From contig CP075526.1 in NCBI GenBank assembly GCA_025808555.1, positions 558,387 through 622,386 of the forward strand: a stretch of DNA of 64,000 bases. Reading direction: 5' to 3'. This DNA is from Anaerolineales bacterium (GTDB lineage Bacteria; Chloroflexota; Anaerolineae; Anaerolineales; UBA11579). Position numbers and translations under genes: made by a program. The notes under the pieces are model-generated. The model ran no database searches. It had not been told where the DNA came from and worked only from the letters and a program-made list of their open reading frames with translations. Positions 10,031-18,266 of the stretch are shown piece after piece. The stretch's first letter is position 1; the number at the start of each line of letters is the position of its first letter.

Positions 10031-10056
10031 ACTCGGCTTCGCCGAGTAACGGAACG
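10031..10056. repeat. 26-nt tRNA-associated repeat, copy 1
   Basis: ACTCGGCTTCGCCGAGTAACGGAACG is identical to 34937-34962. It contains the hairpin CTCGG-cttcg-CCGAG, and a shared CGTCTGTGT follows a few nt downstream. Confidence 0.7.
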
Positions 10057-10096
10057 CCACGTCTGTGTAAATGTGCCGTGCCTAACGATCGCACAG

Positions 10097-10169
10097 TGGA
10101 CCTGGAGGGATTCGAACCCTCGACCTCATCAGTGCGATTGATGCGCGCTCCCAACTGCGCTACAGGCCC
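10097..10169 (-). tRNA. tRNA-Ala (anticodon CGC)
   Basis: 73-nt cloverleaf with acceptor GGGCCTG/CAGGTCC (G3:U70), anticodon loop AT-CGC-AC and T-loop GGTTCGAATCC. Confidence 0.9.
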
Positions 10170-10184
10170 TAGTACAGAGGCAGG

Positions 10185-10213
10185 ATTGTACTTTGCCGCA
10201 GGGGCGCTGTCAA
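10185..10213 (-). promoter_or_regulatory. sigma-70-type promoter upstream of the tRNA-Ala pair
   Basis: Minus strand reads TTGACA-17 nt-TACAAT. The -10 ends 15 nt before the tRNA-Ala(CGC) 5' end. Confidence 0.6.
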
Positions 10214-10283
10214 GAATTGATTGCAGCCAAAGGGTTATAATTGGATTTTACTCATCCCCAATCCTCCCGAAAGACCAAAACCT

Positions 10284-11663
10284 ATGACCGCAACTGCATC
10301 CGCCCCGGCTCCTGGGCAACCGCAAAGCATGCGCACCTTCTACACCATCTGGCTTGGCCAACTGGTCTCGCTGCTCGGCTCCGGCCTCACCGGCTTCGCC
10401 TTGGGCGTATATGTCTACCAGGAGACCACCTCCATCACCGCCTTCGCCATGAGCATCCTGGCCTTCACCCTGCCCGGCGTGCTGTTCTCGCCGGTGGCCG
10501 GCGCCTTGGTGGACCGCTTCCCGCGCCGCTGGATGATGATTCTCAGCGATACCGGCGCCGGGCTGACCACCCTGGCCATCCTAACCCTCATCCTGACCGA
10601 CAACCTGCAGATCTGGCACATTTATGCCGCCAATTTTGTAGCCTCGCTGTTCAACACCTTCCAGTGGCCGGCCTACTCCGCCGCCACCACCATGCTGGTG
10701 CCGCAGGCCCAGCTGGGCCGCGCCAGCGGCATGGTGCAAATGGCGGATGCCATTGCCCAACTGGCCGCACCCGCCATCGCCGGCGCCCTGTTCGTCACCT
10801 GGGGCATGCCCAACATCATCATGATCGATATCATCACCTTCCTGTTCGCGGTTGGCACCCTGCTCTACGTCCGCATCCCTGAGCCTGTACGCACCGCTGA
10901 AGAATCGGCCAACAAGCCATCCATCATGGCCAGCATCCGCGCCGGCTTCACCTATATTCGCAACCGGCCCGGCCTGTTCCGTCTGCTGATGTACTTTGCC
11001 GGGATCAATCTCTTCTTCTCCATGCTCCAGCCCTTATGGACACCGCTACTGCTTGATCTGGGTACACCGGCCCAGGCTGGCATCGTCGGCTCGATTGTGG
11101 GCGGCGGCATGCTGGTGGGCACTTTTGTGATGAGCGCATGGGGCGGCCCCAAACGCCGCGTGTATGGCGTCATTGGTTCGGGCATCTGGATGGGCGCTAT
11201 GCTGCTGCTGCTGTTGCTACAAGCCAGCGTGACCCTGATCGCAGTGGCAGGCTTTCTCTCCATGCTGGTGCTGCCTATCATGAACGGCAGCAGCCAGGCG
11301 CTGTGGCAAAGCAAAACCGAGCCTGATCTGCAGGGCCGCGTGTTCTCTGTGCGGCGCATGCTGGCCCAGTTCACCGCGCCCATCGCCATCCTGCTCTCCG
11401 GCCCGTTGGTGGACCGCGTGTTCGGCCCGGCCCTGCTGCCCGGCGGCGCGCTGGCCGATACGCTCATCGGTGAACTGGTCGGCGTTGGCCCCGGTCGCGG
11501 CATGGCCCTGTTCTTTGCCGTCATCGGCCTGCTGGTGCTGGCAATCTCCATCCTCGCCCTGAGCAGCCCGCGCCTGCGCAACGTGCAAGACGAGATCCCT
11601 GATGTGATCATCAAGAGCCAGAGCGAAGAAGAAACGCTAAAAGAAGCGCTAGGAACGAGCTAG
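10284..11663 (+). CDS. MFS transporter (DHA3/EntS-like family)
   Basis: Start moved to the in-frame ATG at 10284. FYTIWLGQLVSLLGSGLTGFALGVYVY with about 12 TM segments. Paralogous to the MFS genes at 62246 and 63593. Confidence 0.85.
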   Translation: MTATASAPAPGQPQSMRTFYTIWLGQLVSLLGSGLTGFALGVYVYQETTSITAFAMSILAFTLPGVLFSPVAGALVDRFPRRWMMILSDTGAGLTTLAILTLILTDNLQIWHIYAANFVASLFNTFQWPAYSAATTMLVPQAQLGRASGMVQMADAIAQLAAPAIAGALFVTWGMPNIIMIDIITFLFAVGTLLYVRIPEPVRTAEESANKPSIMASIRAGFTYIRNRPGLFRLLMYFAGINLFFSMLQPLWTPLLLDLGTPAQAGIVGSIVGGGMLVGTFVMSAWGGPKRRVYGVIGSGIWMGAMLLLLLLQASVTLIAVAGFLSMLVLPIMNGSSQALWQSKTEPDLQGRVFSVRRMLAQFTAPIAILLSGPLVDRVFGPALLPGGALADTLIGELVGVGPGRGMALFFAVIGLLVLAISILALSSPRLRNVQDEIPDVIIKSQSEEETLKEALGTS

Positions 11664-11667
11664 TTTT

Positions 11668-11698
11668 AAAAAAAAGCCCCGCATGTGCGGGGCTTTTT
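11668..11698. terminator. bidirectional intrinsic terminator
   Basis: AAAAAAAA-GCCCCGC-atgt-GCGGGGC-TTTTT between convergent genes. Confidence 0.75.
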
Positions 11699-11702
11699 AT
11701 TG

Positions 11703-12212
11703 CTACAGGTAGTTTGCCAGCAGCATGGCAATGCCGGCGATGACCATCGCGCCAAGGATTTGGCGCGGCAGCAATTTGAGGTGAACCTGGGCGTGGAAGC
11801 CATAATCTTTATAGCCCGCCAACCCCTCAGTACCAGGGAACACCGCCCACTTCGGCGTAAGCGTATTGAGAATGAACCAGTCAATGAAGATCAGGTCAAA
11901 CGTGGTGATAATGAGCTGGATCAGCAGCGCGTGGAAAAACAATGTGCCGAAACCGGCGCCGCTTTGCTGCGCAAACGTGTAGGTGGAGTACAGCGTACCG
12001 CCCACCAGGATCGCCATCAGCGGAAAGATGGCTTTCTTGGCCTCTTCCTTCTCCTTCTTGCTCAAGGGCTTGGCCTTGGCCAGAATATCCGGCGGCACTT
12101 CGTCGGGGGTCAGGAAGGTGCGCGGCTTGTTCATGGCGGTGTACAACACCAGCCCGGTAAATACGGCGGTGAAAATGCCGCCATCCATGATCAGTTTGGT
12201 CCAGTCAAGCAT
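11703..12212 (-). CDS. 4-TM membrane protein of unknown function (tandem paralog A)
   Basis: Start set at MLDWTKL (ATG 12212, GAGGAG 8 nt upstream), because the longer ORF would run through the upstream terminator. Shares GAGFG..FHAL...TFDL..IDW..LNT.TPK...PGTEG.AGYK.YGFH with the neighbouring gene. Confidence 0.6.
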   Translation of the reverse strand: MLDWTKLIMDGGIFTAVFTGLVLYTAMNKPRTFLTPDEVPPDILAKAKPLSKKEKEEAKKAIFPLMAILVGGTLYSTYTFAQQSGAGFGTLFFHALLIQLIITTFDLIFIDWFILNTLTPKWAVFPGTEGLAGYKDYGFHAQVHLKLLPRQILGAMVIAGIAMLLANYL

Positions 12213-12261
12213 TTGAATGATCTCCTCGTGGCCACATTCTAAACGGGCGCGGCCCTTGGGT

Positions 12262-12293
12262 AAACAAAAGCCCCGCAAAGTGCGGGGCTTTTT
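12262..12293 (-). terminator. intrinsic terminator of paralog B
   Basis: Minus strand reads AGCCCCGCA-ctt-TGCGGGGCT followed by TTTTGTTT. Confidence 0.7.
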
Positions 12294-12294
12294 G

Positions 12295-12795
12295 TCATGT
12301 TAGCAGCATCACGATGCCGGCTGCCATAGCGGCGAAGACAGCCTGCCCAGGCAACGCCCGCAGGTGCGCCCGGCCATGGAAGCCGTAAGCCTTGTAGCCG
12401 GCAAAGCCTTCCGTGCCTGGGTATACAAACTGCTTGGGAGTGATGGTGTTGAGCAGCAGCCAGTCAATCACCACCAGGTCAAAGGTGCTTACTGCCAGGA
12501 TCAGGATAAGCGCGTGCAGGAACAGCAGTCCGAAGCCGGCCCCACTCTCCCGGCCAAAGACAAAGGTTGAGTAAAGCACGAGACTCAGCAAGCCCAACGC
12601 CAGCGGGATGCCGGCCCAGAGCGACTGGCGTCGCTCTGCTTCCGTGCGCGGCGGCACCGCAGCCAGAATATCCGGCGGCACGTTCTTCTTCACAAGGAAC
12701 CAGCGTGGCCGCTTGACCCCTACAGTCAGGATGATGCCGCTGATGGCAACAATGCCCACAAGGCTATGAATTAGCAGTAGTTTCAGGTCCAACAT
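12295..12795 (-). CDS. 4-TM membrane protein of unknown function (tandem paralog B)
   Basis: 166 aa, clearly homologous to 11703-12212, with its own promoter and terminator. Confidence 0.65.
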   Translation of the reverse strand: MLDLKLLLIHSLVGIVAISGIILTVGVKRPRWFLVKKNVPPDILAAVPPRTEAERRQSLWAGIPLALGLLSLVLYSTFVFGRESGAGFGLLFLHALILILAVSTFDLVVIDWLLLNTITPKQFVYPGTEGFAGYKAYGFHGRAHLRALPGQAVFAAMAAGIVMLLT

Positions 12796-12806
12796 AAGTC
12801 CTCGAT

Positions 12807-12852
12807 AATTTAGGTATGCCTAAATTATAGGGTTGATATTCAGTTGTGTCAA
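12807..12852 (-). promoter_or_regulatory. consensus sigma-70 promoter with overlapping operator palindrome
   Basis: Minus strand reads TTGACA (12852-12847)-17 nt-TATAAT (12829-12824). It is followed by and overlaps the perfect inverted repeat AATTTAGG-cata-CCTAAATT (12826-12807), 11 nt before the ATG. Confidence 0.65.
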
Positions 12853-13469
12853 GCGGCAGGCAGCGGATAAGCCTGCTCGCCGGCAGGCACCGCCAGCGCC
12901 AGCTGGTTCTCCGCCGGGGCACCCTGCCGCGGCGCAGCCGGGTCGTAGGCGCTGGCGGGGTTATAGGCAAAGTTGAAATCCAGCACCAGCTTGCCGTGCT
13001 CTTCGCCCAGATCGGCGCCGTGCGGCGTATCCAGCAGCCAGCGCGCCCCGGCGTAGATCTTGCCGCTGCGGGCGCTGGCATCCGCGAACGGCAGCAGCAA
13101 GCCGCCGCCGTAGCCCAGCACGCTGAACAGCGAGAGGCTCAGTGTGCTGCCAGCAATGGCGAAGTGCACGCGGCCCACGCGCTGCACGTCTGCGCCCGCC
13201 AGTTCAAAACGCTCAGGCTGCACATCAATATCCACATCCACAACAAAACGCAGCGCCGGGTCATAGGGGTAATAGGCCAGGTTCATGAAGTGCGCCCGCT
13301 GGGCGGCCGGCACCGGCGAATGCGGGTGTCCGCCCAGCAACTCATTGCGGGCCGCCACCCAATACTGCCAGCGCTGCTCGACCGGGATGCGGCGATCACG
13401 CACGCTGGCATAGATGGCGTGCATCTTGCGGTAATAATCCAGTTGGTCCAGTTCTTCCAATCGAAACAT
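12849..13469 (-). CDS. DUF1684 domain protein
   Basis: YYPYDPALRF...LLPFADASARSGKIYAGARWL...DFNFAYNPASAY matches the DUF1684 pattern. Confidence 0.8.
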   Translation of the reverse strand: MFRLEELDQLDYYRKMHAIYASVRDRRIPVEQRWQYWVAARNELLGGHPHSPVPAAQRAHFMNLAYYPYDPALRFVVDVDIDVQPERFELAGADVQRVGRVHFAIAGSTLSLSLFSVLGYGGGLLLPFADASARSGKIYAGARWLLDTPHGADLGEEHGKLVLDFNFAYNPASAYDPAAPRQGAPAENQLALAVPAGEQAYPLPAA

Positions 13470-13547
13470 GTCGCTAGCCTAACACCAAATTCCGCGAAGA
13501 GTGCACAGGCGTATAATCAACTTCTTTCCACTACTCAGAGAGCCGCC

Positions 13548-14678
13548 ATGACCAATCCCTTCTCCACCGAAAATCTCGTCCGCCGCCAGGCCCAACTCAG
13601 CGATGCTATGGAAGCCGGCGGCTTTGACGCCTTGGCGCTGAACGCCGGCCCCAGCCAGGTCTATATCAGCGGCCTGCACTTCCACCTGATGGAGCGCCCC
13701 ACCGTGCTACTGCTGGCGCCGGGCAAAAGCCCGGTGATCGTGCTGCCGGACTTCGAGAAGGGCAAGCTGGCCAACCTCGGCTTTGAACTGCGCGCCGTGA
13801 CCTACAGCGAGAACCCTGCCGAATGGCAGGCCGCCTTCAACCAGGCCGCGGCGCTCATCGGCCCGGCCAAGCGCATAGGCGTGGAAGGTTTGCGCATGCG
13901 CGTGATGGAGCTGCGATACCTGCAGGCCGCCTTCCCCGGCGCCGAGTTCCCCATAGCCGAAGAGTTGATCGCCGACATGCGCAAGCACAAGGACGCCGGC
14001 GAGATCGCTGCGATGAAGAAAGCAGTCGAGATCGCGGAGGGCGGCCTGGAAGCCACGCTGAAGAAGATCAAGATCGGCATGAGCGAGAAGGAGATCGCCG
14101 GCATCCTGGTGCAGCAGCTATATGCGCTCGGCTCCGACCCGGAACTGCCCTTCGCCCCCATCGTGGCCGCCGCGGCAAACAGCGCCAACCCGCACTCCAC
14201 CGTCAGCGACTATCGCATCCAAAAGGGCGACCTGCTACTGATCGACTGGGGAGCCTCCTACAATGGTTACCTTTCTGACCTGACCCGCACGTTTGCCGTG
14301 GGCGAGATCAGCGAGGAGCTCAAGCGCATCTACGAGATTGTGAAACTTGCCAACCAGGCCGGCCGCGAGGCGGCCGCCATCGGCGCCCCCTGCGCCGCGG
14401 TGGACCAGGCCGCCCGTGACGCCATTGACGACAATGGCTACGGCCAGTACTTCACCCACCGCACCGGCCACGGCCTGGGCATGGAAGGCCACGAAGAGCC
14501 CTACATGCGCGGCGACAACATGCTGCCGCTGGCCGAAGGCATGAGCTTCACCGTTGAGCCGGGCATCTACCTTGACGGCCGCGGCGGCGTGCGCATCGAA
14601 GACAACGTCGTGATGACCGCCGACGGTCCACTGACCCTCAGTACCTTCCCGCGCGAGCTGCGCGTGGTGGGCCACTAG
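13548..14678 (+). CDS. M24-family Xaa-Pro peptidase (PepP/PepQ-like)
   Basis: Start set at MTNPFSTENL (ATG 13548); the upstream part of the 610-aa ORF is antisense to the DUF1684 gene. Creatinase-like N domain plus M24 metal ligands (DWGASYNGYLSDLTRT, HRTGHGLG, SFTVEPGIY, IEDNV). Confidence 0.9.
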   Translation: MTNPFSTENLVRRQAQLSDAMEAGGFDALALNAGPSQVYISGLHFHLMERPTVLLLAPGKSPVIVLPDFEKGKLANLGFELRAVTYSENPAEWQAAFNQAAALIGPAKRIGVEGLRMRVMELRYLQAAFPGAEFPIAEELIADMRKHKDAGEIAAMKKAVEIAEGGLEATLKKIKIGMSEKEIAGILVQQLYALGSDPELPFAPIVAAAANSANPHSTVSDYRIQKGDLLLIDWGASYNGYLSDLTRTFAVGEISEELKRIYEIVKLANQAGREAAAIGAPCAAVDQAARDAIDDNGYGQYFTHRTGHGLGMEGHEEPYMRGDNMLPLAEGMSFTVEPGIYLDGRGGVRIEDNVVMTADGPLTLSTFPRELRVVGH

Positions 14679-14737
14679 TCAATTCCCGGGCGTAGCAGGC
14701 TGCGCCTCTACGAACTAGCTTCATCCGAAGCTACGCC

Positions 14738-16963
14738 CTATAACAACGGCGCCTGCAAGGCCTCTGAGGTGAGCGGATCCAGGCGAGCTGCATCGGCGAT
14801 GCTGTCTGGCGTCAGCGCCCGGGCCGCCAGCAGGCGGCGCACGGCGCGGTACTTGAGGAAGCGCCAACCGTCTTCTACTGCTTGCGCCAAACGTGGGTCA
14901 CGCTCCAGCTTGAAGAGCGCCAACGGGGCGCGGCGGCCGGGCAGCACCACCAGGCTGTTGTGCGCCGGGGTTTTGGCGTTCAACAGTACTTCGCCCAACA
15001 AGGCTGAAGCGATCACGTAAAAGTTGAGCACTGCTTGGCCGCTTTGCAGCCATCGCAGCGGTTCGCCCTGCGCCTCGCCCTGCTCCTGCACTTCGTAGCC
15101 CAGCTGCTGGCCCAATATCACCAGGGCGGCGTTCATCTCGGCCAGGTCGGCGCGGCGTTGGCGCGGCTGGTCCTCGGCAGCCAGCTGCCACAGCCCATCG
15201 GCCTGTTGTGCGTACGAGCTCAGCACCGCCTGCAACAAAGCCGGGTGCGGCGTGAGCAGGCCGGGGAAGATGGCGCACAGCGCCTGGTCGTGCGCCCGCG
15301 TGCTTTGCGGCTGGCTGCGCAGCAGGCTGCGCACCACGGCGATCTCGACCCGGTCGGCCAGTGGGGCGCGCGGCGTTTGCGGGTTGGCCGGCCACCATAG
15401 GCCGGTCTCCGGTGTTTCGGGGTTGCCGCCATACTGCACAAAATCGCCGTGCATGGTCAGCGCGGCGGCAATTTGCTTGCGGGTGTGGGTATATAGCTCG
15501 GAAGGGTCGCTTTGTCCGCTGCCCATGGCGGCTTGCTTGTTGAGCACGCTCAGCGCGGTAGCCTGCAAATAATCGTATGCACTGGGCTGGCCGCGCCCGC
15601 TGAGCACAAAATGGGCCGCGCCGCGAATGGCCTCATCTTGCGCTTCGCTGGCGGTTTGCGCCGCGCTTTTGCGCAGGGTCAGCTGCATCTCGCTGTCAGC
15701 GTGGCGGTAGGCCATGGCATGGATGCGCAGGCTGGCCAGGTTGGCGGCCACCGCCGCGGCGGCCTGCAGGCCGCTTTCGCCCTCGGCCAGCATCATAAAC
15801 AGCGGCATCTTGTCGGTCATGTGCTCGGCCACCGCGGCCAGGGCGGCATGCAACGCCTCAGTGTGCCAGGCCCAGTCGTAACGGCGACGACGTAACACCA
15901 GCACGAACGGGCCGATGGCCTCGCGCCCCCACAGCCAGCCGGCCCACAGAGCGCACAACGTCCAGAACGCTGGCGCGGGGCGCGGCACCGCGGCGGTCAC
16001 CGCCGCTAGCGACAGGTCTTGCATCTCGGCCGCCAGGTCACGCATGCGGCCTTCGTAGATGCAGATGCCGCCGCTTTCCGGCGGCGCCTCGGGCCATTCG
16101 GTCACCGGCAGCGCTTCGCTGGCCTGCGCCCATAGGGCGATCGAACGCTCCATTTCGAACCAGATGTTGTATTCGCGGAACTGCGGCGGCGCGCTCAGTT
16201 GGCGCGGTCGCATGCGCCCGCTGGGGTGCGCCCACAGCTTGGTGGCGCGATCGCATGCGCTCAACAGCAGGGCCGAGAGCAGGCGGCGCTCGTCTGCATC
16301 GCTATCCAAACTGTCCAGGCGATTGATGATGGTGATGAGCGCGTAGGCGGCGCGCGGGAGATAGGCCTGCAACGCCTCTTCGGCGTGCTGGCGGTCAGGG
16401 TCGTCCTTGGCGGCGATGCGCTCCAAGGCGCGCGCGAGAGTTGGCCCGCTCAACGGGTAGGCATTGGCGCGAGCCGCGTCCTGCGCGTCGCAAGGGTATT
16501 CACCGTGCTGCCCGCACTGTTTGCAGTTGAGCAACTTGGCGTGCGGCGCGGCTGCCTCGCGTTCCCAGATGAAAGCCTCGGCCGGTATTTGCGCCGAACA
16601 GTTGGGACACTCGGTCAGGTACATCTCGAGGATGGCTGGCTCCAGACGCTCGTCACCCCGGCGGGCGGCGCCCAGTGCAGCCAGGGCGGCGGTTAGCGCC
16701 TCGACGCTGGGCGGCTGAGCGTGCATTTCGATCAGGAAACGCGCCACGGGATTGTTGGCGGCTACTAGCACGCGGTAACCCGCGCGGGCCCCTTCGGCCG
16801 CCCAATGGGGCGATGCGCCGAAGGGCTCCAGCACCCAGCCGCCGGGGGCCGCATGCTGCGCCAGCCACTGGGCGGCCACACCGCGCGGCACGGGCGGCAG
16901 GTAGCGCTCCAGCGGGCTGGGCGGGTGTGATGTGCCAATAAGGAATGTATTGGGCTCAGCCAT
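14738..16963 (-). CDS. large hypothetical protein (methyltransferase-like N terminus plus zinc ribbon)
   Basis: Start at MAEPNTF (ATG 16963). GWVLEPFGASP resembles the DPFxGSG motif of N6/N4 methylases. CPNC...CKQC forms a 4-Cys ribbon. No motif was recognised in the remaining ~550 aa. Confidence 0.55.
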   Translation of the reverse strand: MAEPNTFLIGTSHPPSPLERYLPPVPRGVAAQWLAQHAAPGGWVLEPFGASPHWAAEGARAGYRVLVAANNPVARFLIEMHAQPPSVEALTAALAALGAARRGDERLEPAILEMYLTECPNCSAQIPAEAFIWEREAAAPHAKLLNCKQCGQHGEYPCDAQDAARANAYPLSGPTLARALERIAAKDDPDRQHAEEALQAYLPRAAYALITIINRLDSLDSDADERRLLSALLLSACDRATKLWAHPSGRMRPRQLSAPPQFREYNIWFEMERSIALWAQASEALPVTEWPEAPPESGGICIYEGRMRDLAAEMQDLSLAAVTAAVPRPAPAFWTLCALWAGWLWGREAIGPFVLVLRRRRYDWAWHTEALHAALAAVAEHMTDKMPLFMMLAEGESGLQAAAAVAANLASLRIHAMAYRHADSEMQLTLRKSAAQTASEAQDEAIRGAAHFVLSGRGQPSAYDYLQATALSVLNKQAAMGSGQSDPSELYTHTRKQIAAALTMHGDFVQYGGNPETPETGLWWPANPQTPRAPLADRVEIAVVRSLLRSQPQSTRAHDQALCAIFPGLLTPHPALLQAVLSSYAQQADGLWQLAAEDQPRQRRADLAEMNAALVILGQQLGYEVQEQGEAQGEPLRWLQSGQAVLNFYVIASALLGEVLLNAKTPAHNSLVVLPGRRAPLALFKLERDPRLAQAVEDGWRFLKYRAVRRLLAARALTPDSIADAARLDPLTSEALQAPLL

Positions 16964-17072
16964 GAAAGCGATCCACAGATGAACACAGAGGATACAGGCA
17001 GACAAACACAGATGAATACACCAAGCTTTCCCCTCTGATCGCTCCGTGCGGTCTCATGGCGTTATTCTCGCA

Positions 17073-17996
17073 TCACTCCCGGTGGGGATAGAACTGCAGG
17101 ATGGCGGGGGTGACGTGGCTGAGGTCTTGCAGCCCGGCGCAGAACTGCTGGCGCAGCTCCGGCGCGCCGATGACCAATGCCGGCACCGGATTGTCGGTAT
17201 GGGTGCGGCGGCTCAGGTCTTCCATGTTGCCGTGGTCTGAGGTGATCAGGGTCAACCCCTCGTCGTCAACCCAGGCGTCGAGAAGGCCGCCCATCACGCC
17301 GTCAAAATGCTCCAGCAGTTTGACCGCGCCCTCGTGGTCCTGATGGTGGCCGGCGTAGTCGCTGGGCCAGAATTCAAAGAAGGCCAGATCGTAGGTGCGG
17401 GTTACCTCGGCCAGGCGGCGGCCAGCCTCGTGGGGAGTGTGCAGCGGCGAGTCGGTGAAGCCGAGGTGCGTGCGCCAGCCCTCGCCGGTGAAATCGGCCG
17501 AGAAGCCATCGCCATGCAGCATGTCCTCATGGGTCTTGAGAGCGATGCCGGCGCTGGTGACTGCCAGGGGGATGGCGGAGAGCAGGCGTTTGCCGCTCTC
17601 GATGCCCTGGAAGTAGGGCGGCGGGTAGGCGTTGAGCAGGGTGCTGCGGTAGCCACGCTGAGCCAGCTGCATGAACAGGTTGTCTTCTTTCACCACGGCG
17701 GCCACCGGTTTGTTGGGCTTGGGGCCGTAGTGCTCACCGACCAGTTGGGGCACGTTCTTACCGGTGACCAGGGTGGCCTGCCCGGTGGCGGATTGCGGCA
17801 GGCCGGGCATGCCCAGATTGGGGTCGAGCGCCAGCAGGCTGGCGCGGGCAGTCTGGAGCGGGGCGCTGCCCGCCACCAGACGGGCGCCGCCCAGCAGGGC
17901 GTCTATATTAGGAGTTTTGGCGGCGACGAAGGGGTTGGTTTCGGGGTTATTGTCCCCAAAGCCGATGCCATCCATGAAGAGGAAGAGAAAATGCAT
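17073..17996 (-). CDS. alkaline-phosphatase-superfamily metalloenzyme (cofactor-independent phosphoglycerate mutase / phosphopentomutase-like)
   Basis: MHFLFLFMDGIGFG...TSDHGNMED. Start chosen at MHFLF; the TTG at 18065 is an alternative. Confidence 0.7.
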   Translation of the reverse strand: MHFLFLFMDGIGFGDNNPETNPFVAAKTPNIDALLGGARLVAGSAPLQTARASLLALDPNLGMPGLPQSATGQATLVTGKNVPQLVGEHYGPKPNKPVAAVVKEDNLFMQLAQRGYRSTLLNAYPPPYFQGIESGKRLLSAIPLAVTSAGIALKTHEDMLHGDGFSADFTGEGWRTHLGFTDSPLHTPHEAGRRLAEVTRTYDLAFFEFWPSDYAGHHQDHEGAVKLLEHFDGVMGGLLDAWVDDEGLTLITSDHGNMEDLSRRTHTDNPVPALVIGAPELRQQFCAGLQDLSHVTPAILQFYPHRE

Positions 17997-18132
17997 TGGA
18001 GGATTGTAGCCGCTTTGCGAAGCCTCGGAGTTTGCGTAGAACCAGCGCCTTGACGGGGTCGCCAAGTTCCTTGCTTAGCGCCCCGCACGTGGTATTCCTT
18101 ACCTCAAGATGAACAATCCCTCTCCCGTGCTC

Positions 18133-18187
18133 CAGATATCTTTTAAGTTGCACCCCCCACCCCCATGCCCAAAACGAACAACATCTT
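18133..18187 (+). repeat. 55-nt intergenic repeat, copy A
   Basis: CAGATATCTTTT...CCCCCACCC...CAAAACGAACAACATCTT. Same length as the reverse complement of 48314-48368, with 45/55 identities (12-nt and 18-nt perfect blocks). Confidence 0.75.
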
Positions 18188-18266
18188 CAGCGGTTATTGA
18201 AAGAGTCCCTGGCCTGGGTTTGGCCTCGGAATGACAAAAGGGACGAAGCGGCCACTAGTTGGTAGC

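Noticed and set aside
10208-10241. TATAAT at 10236-10241 as a promoter for the MFS gene
   Set aside because: No acceptable -35 at 16-18 nt spacing (TTGATT is only 13 nt away). Left uncalled.
12846-13547. N-terminal 234 codons of the 610-aa plus-strand ORF
   Set aside because: This part is antisense to the DUF1684 gene. The peptidase homology starts at MTNPFSTENL (13548), so it was treated as an ORF-finder over-extension.
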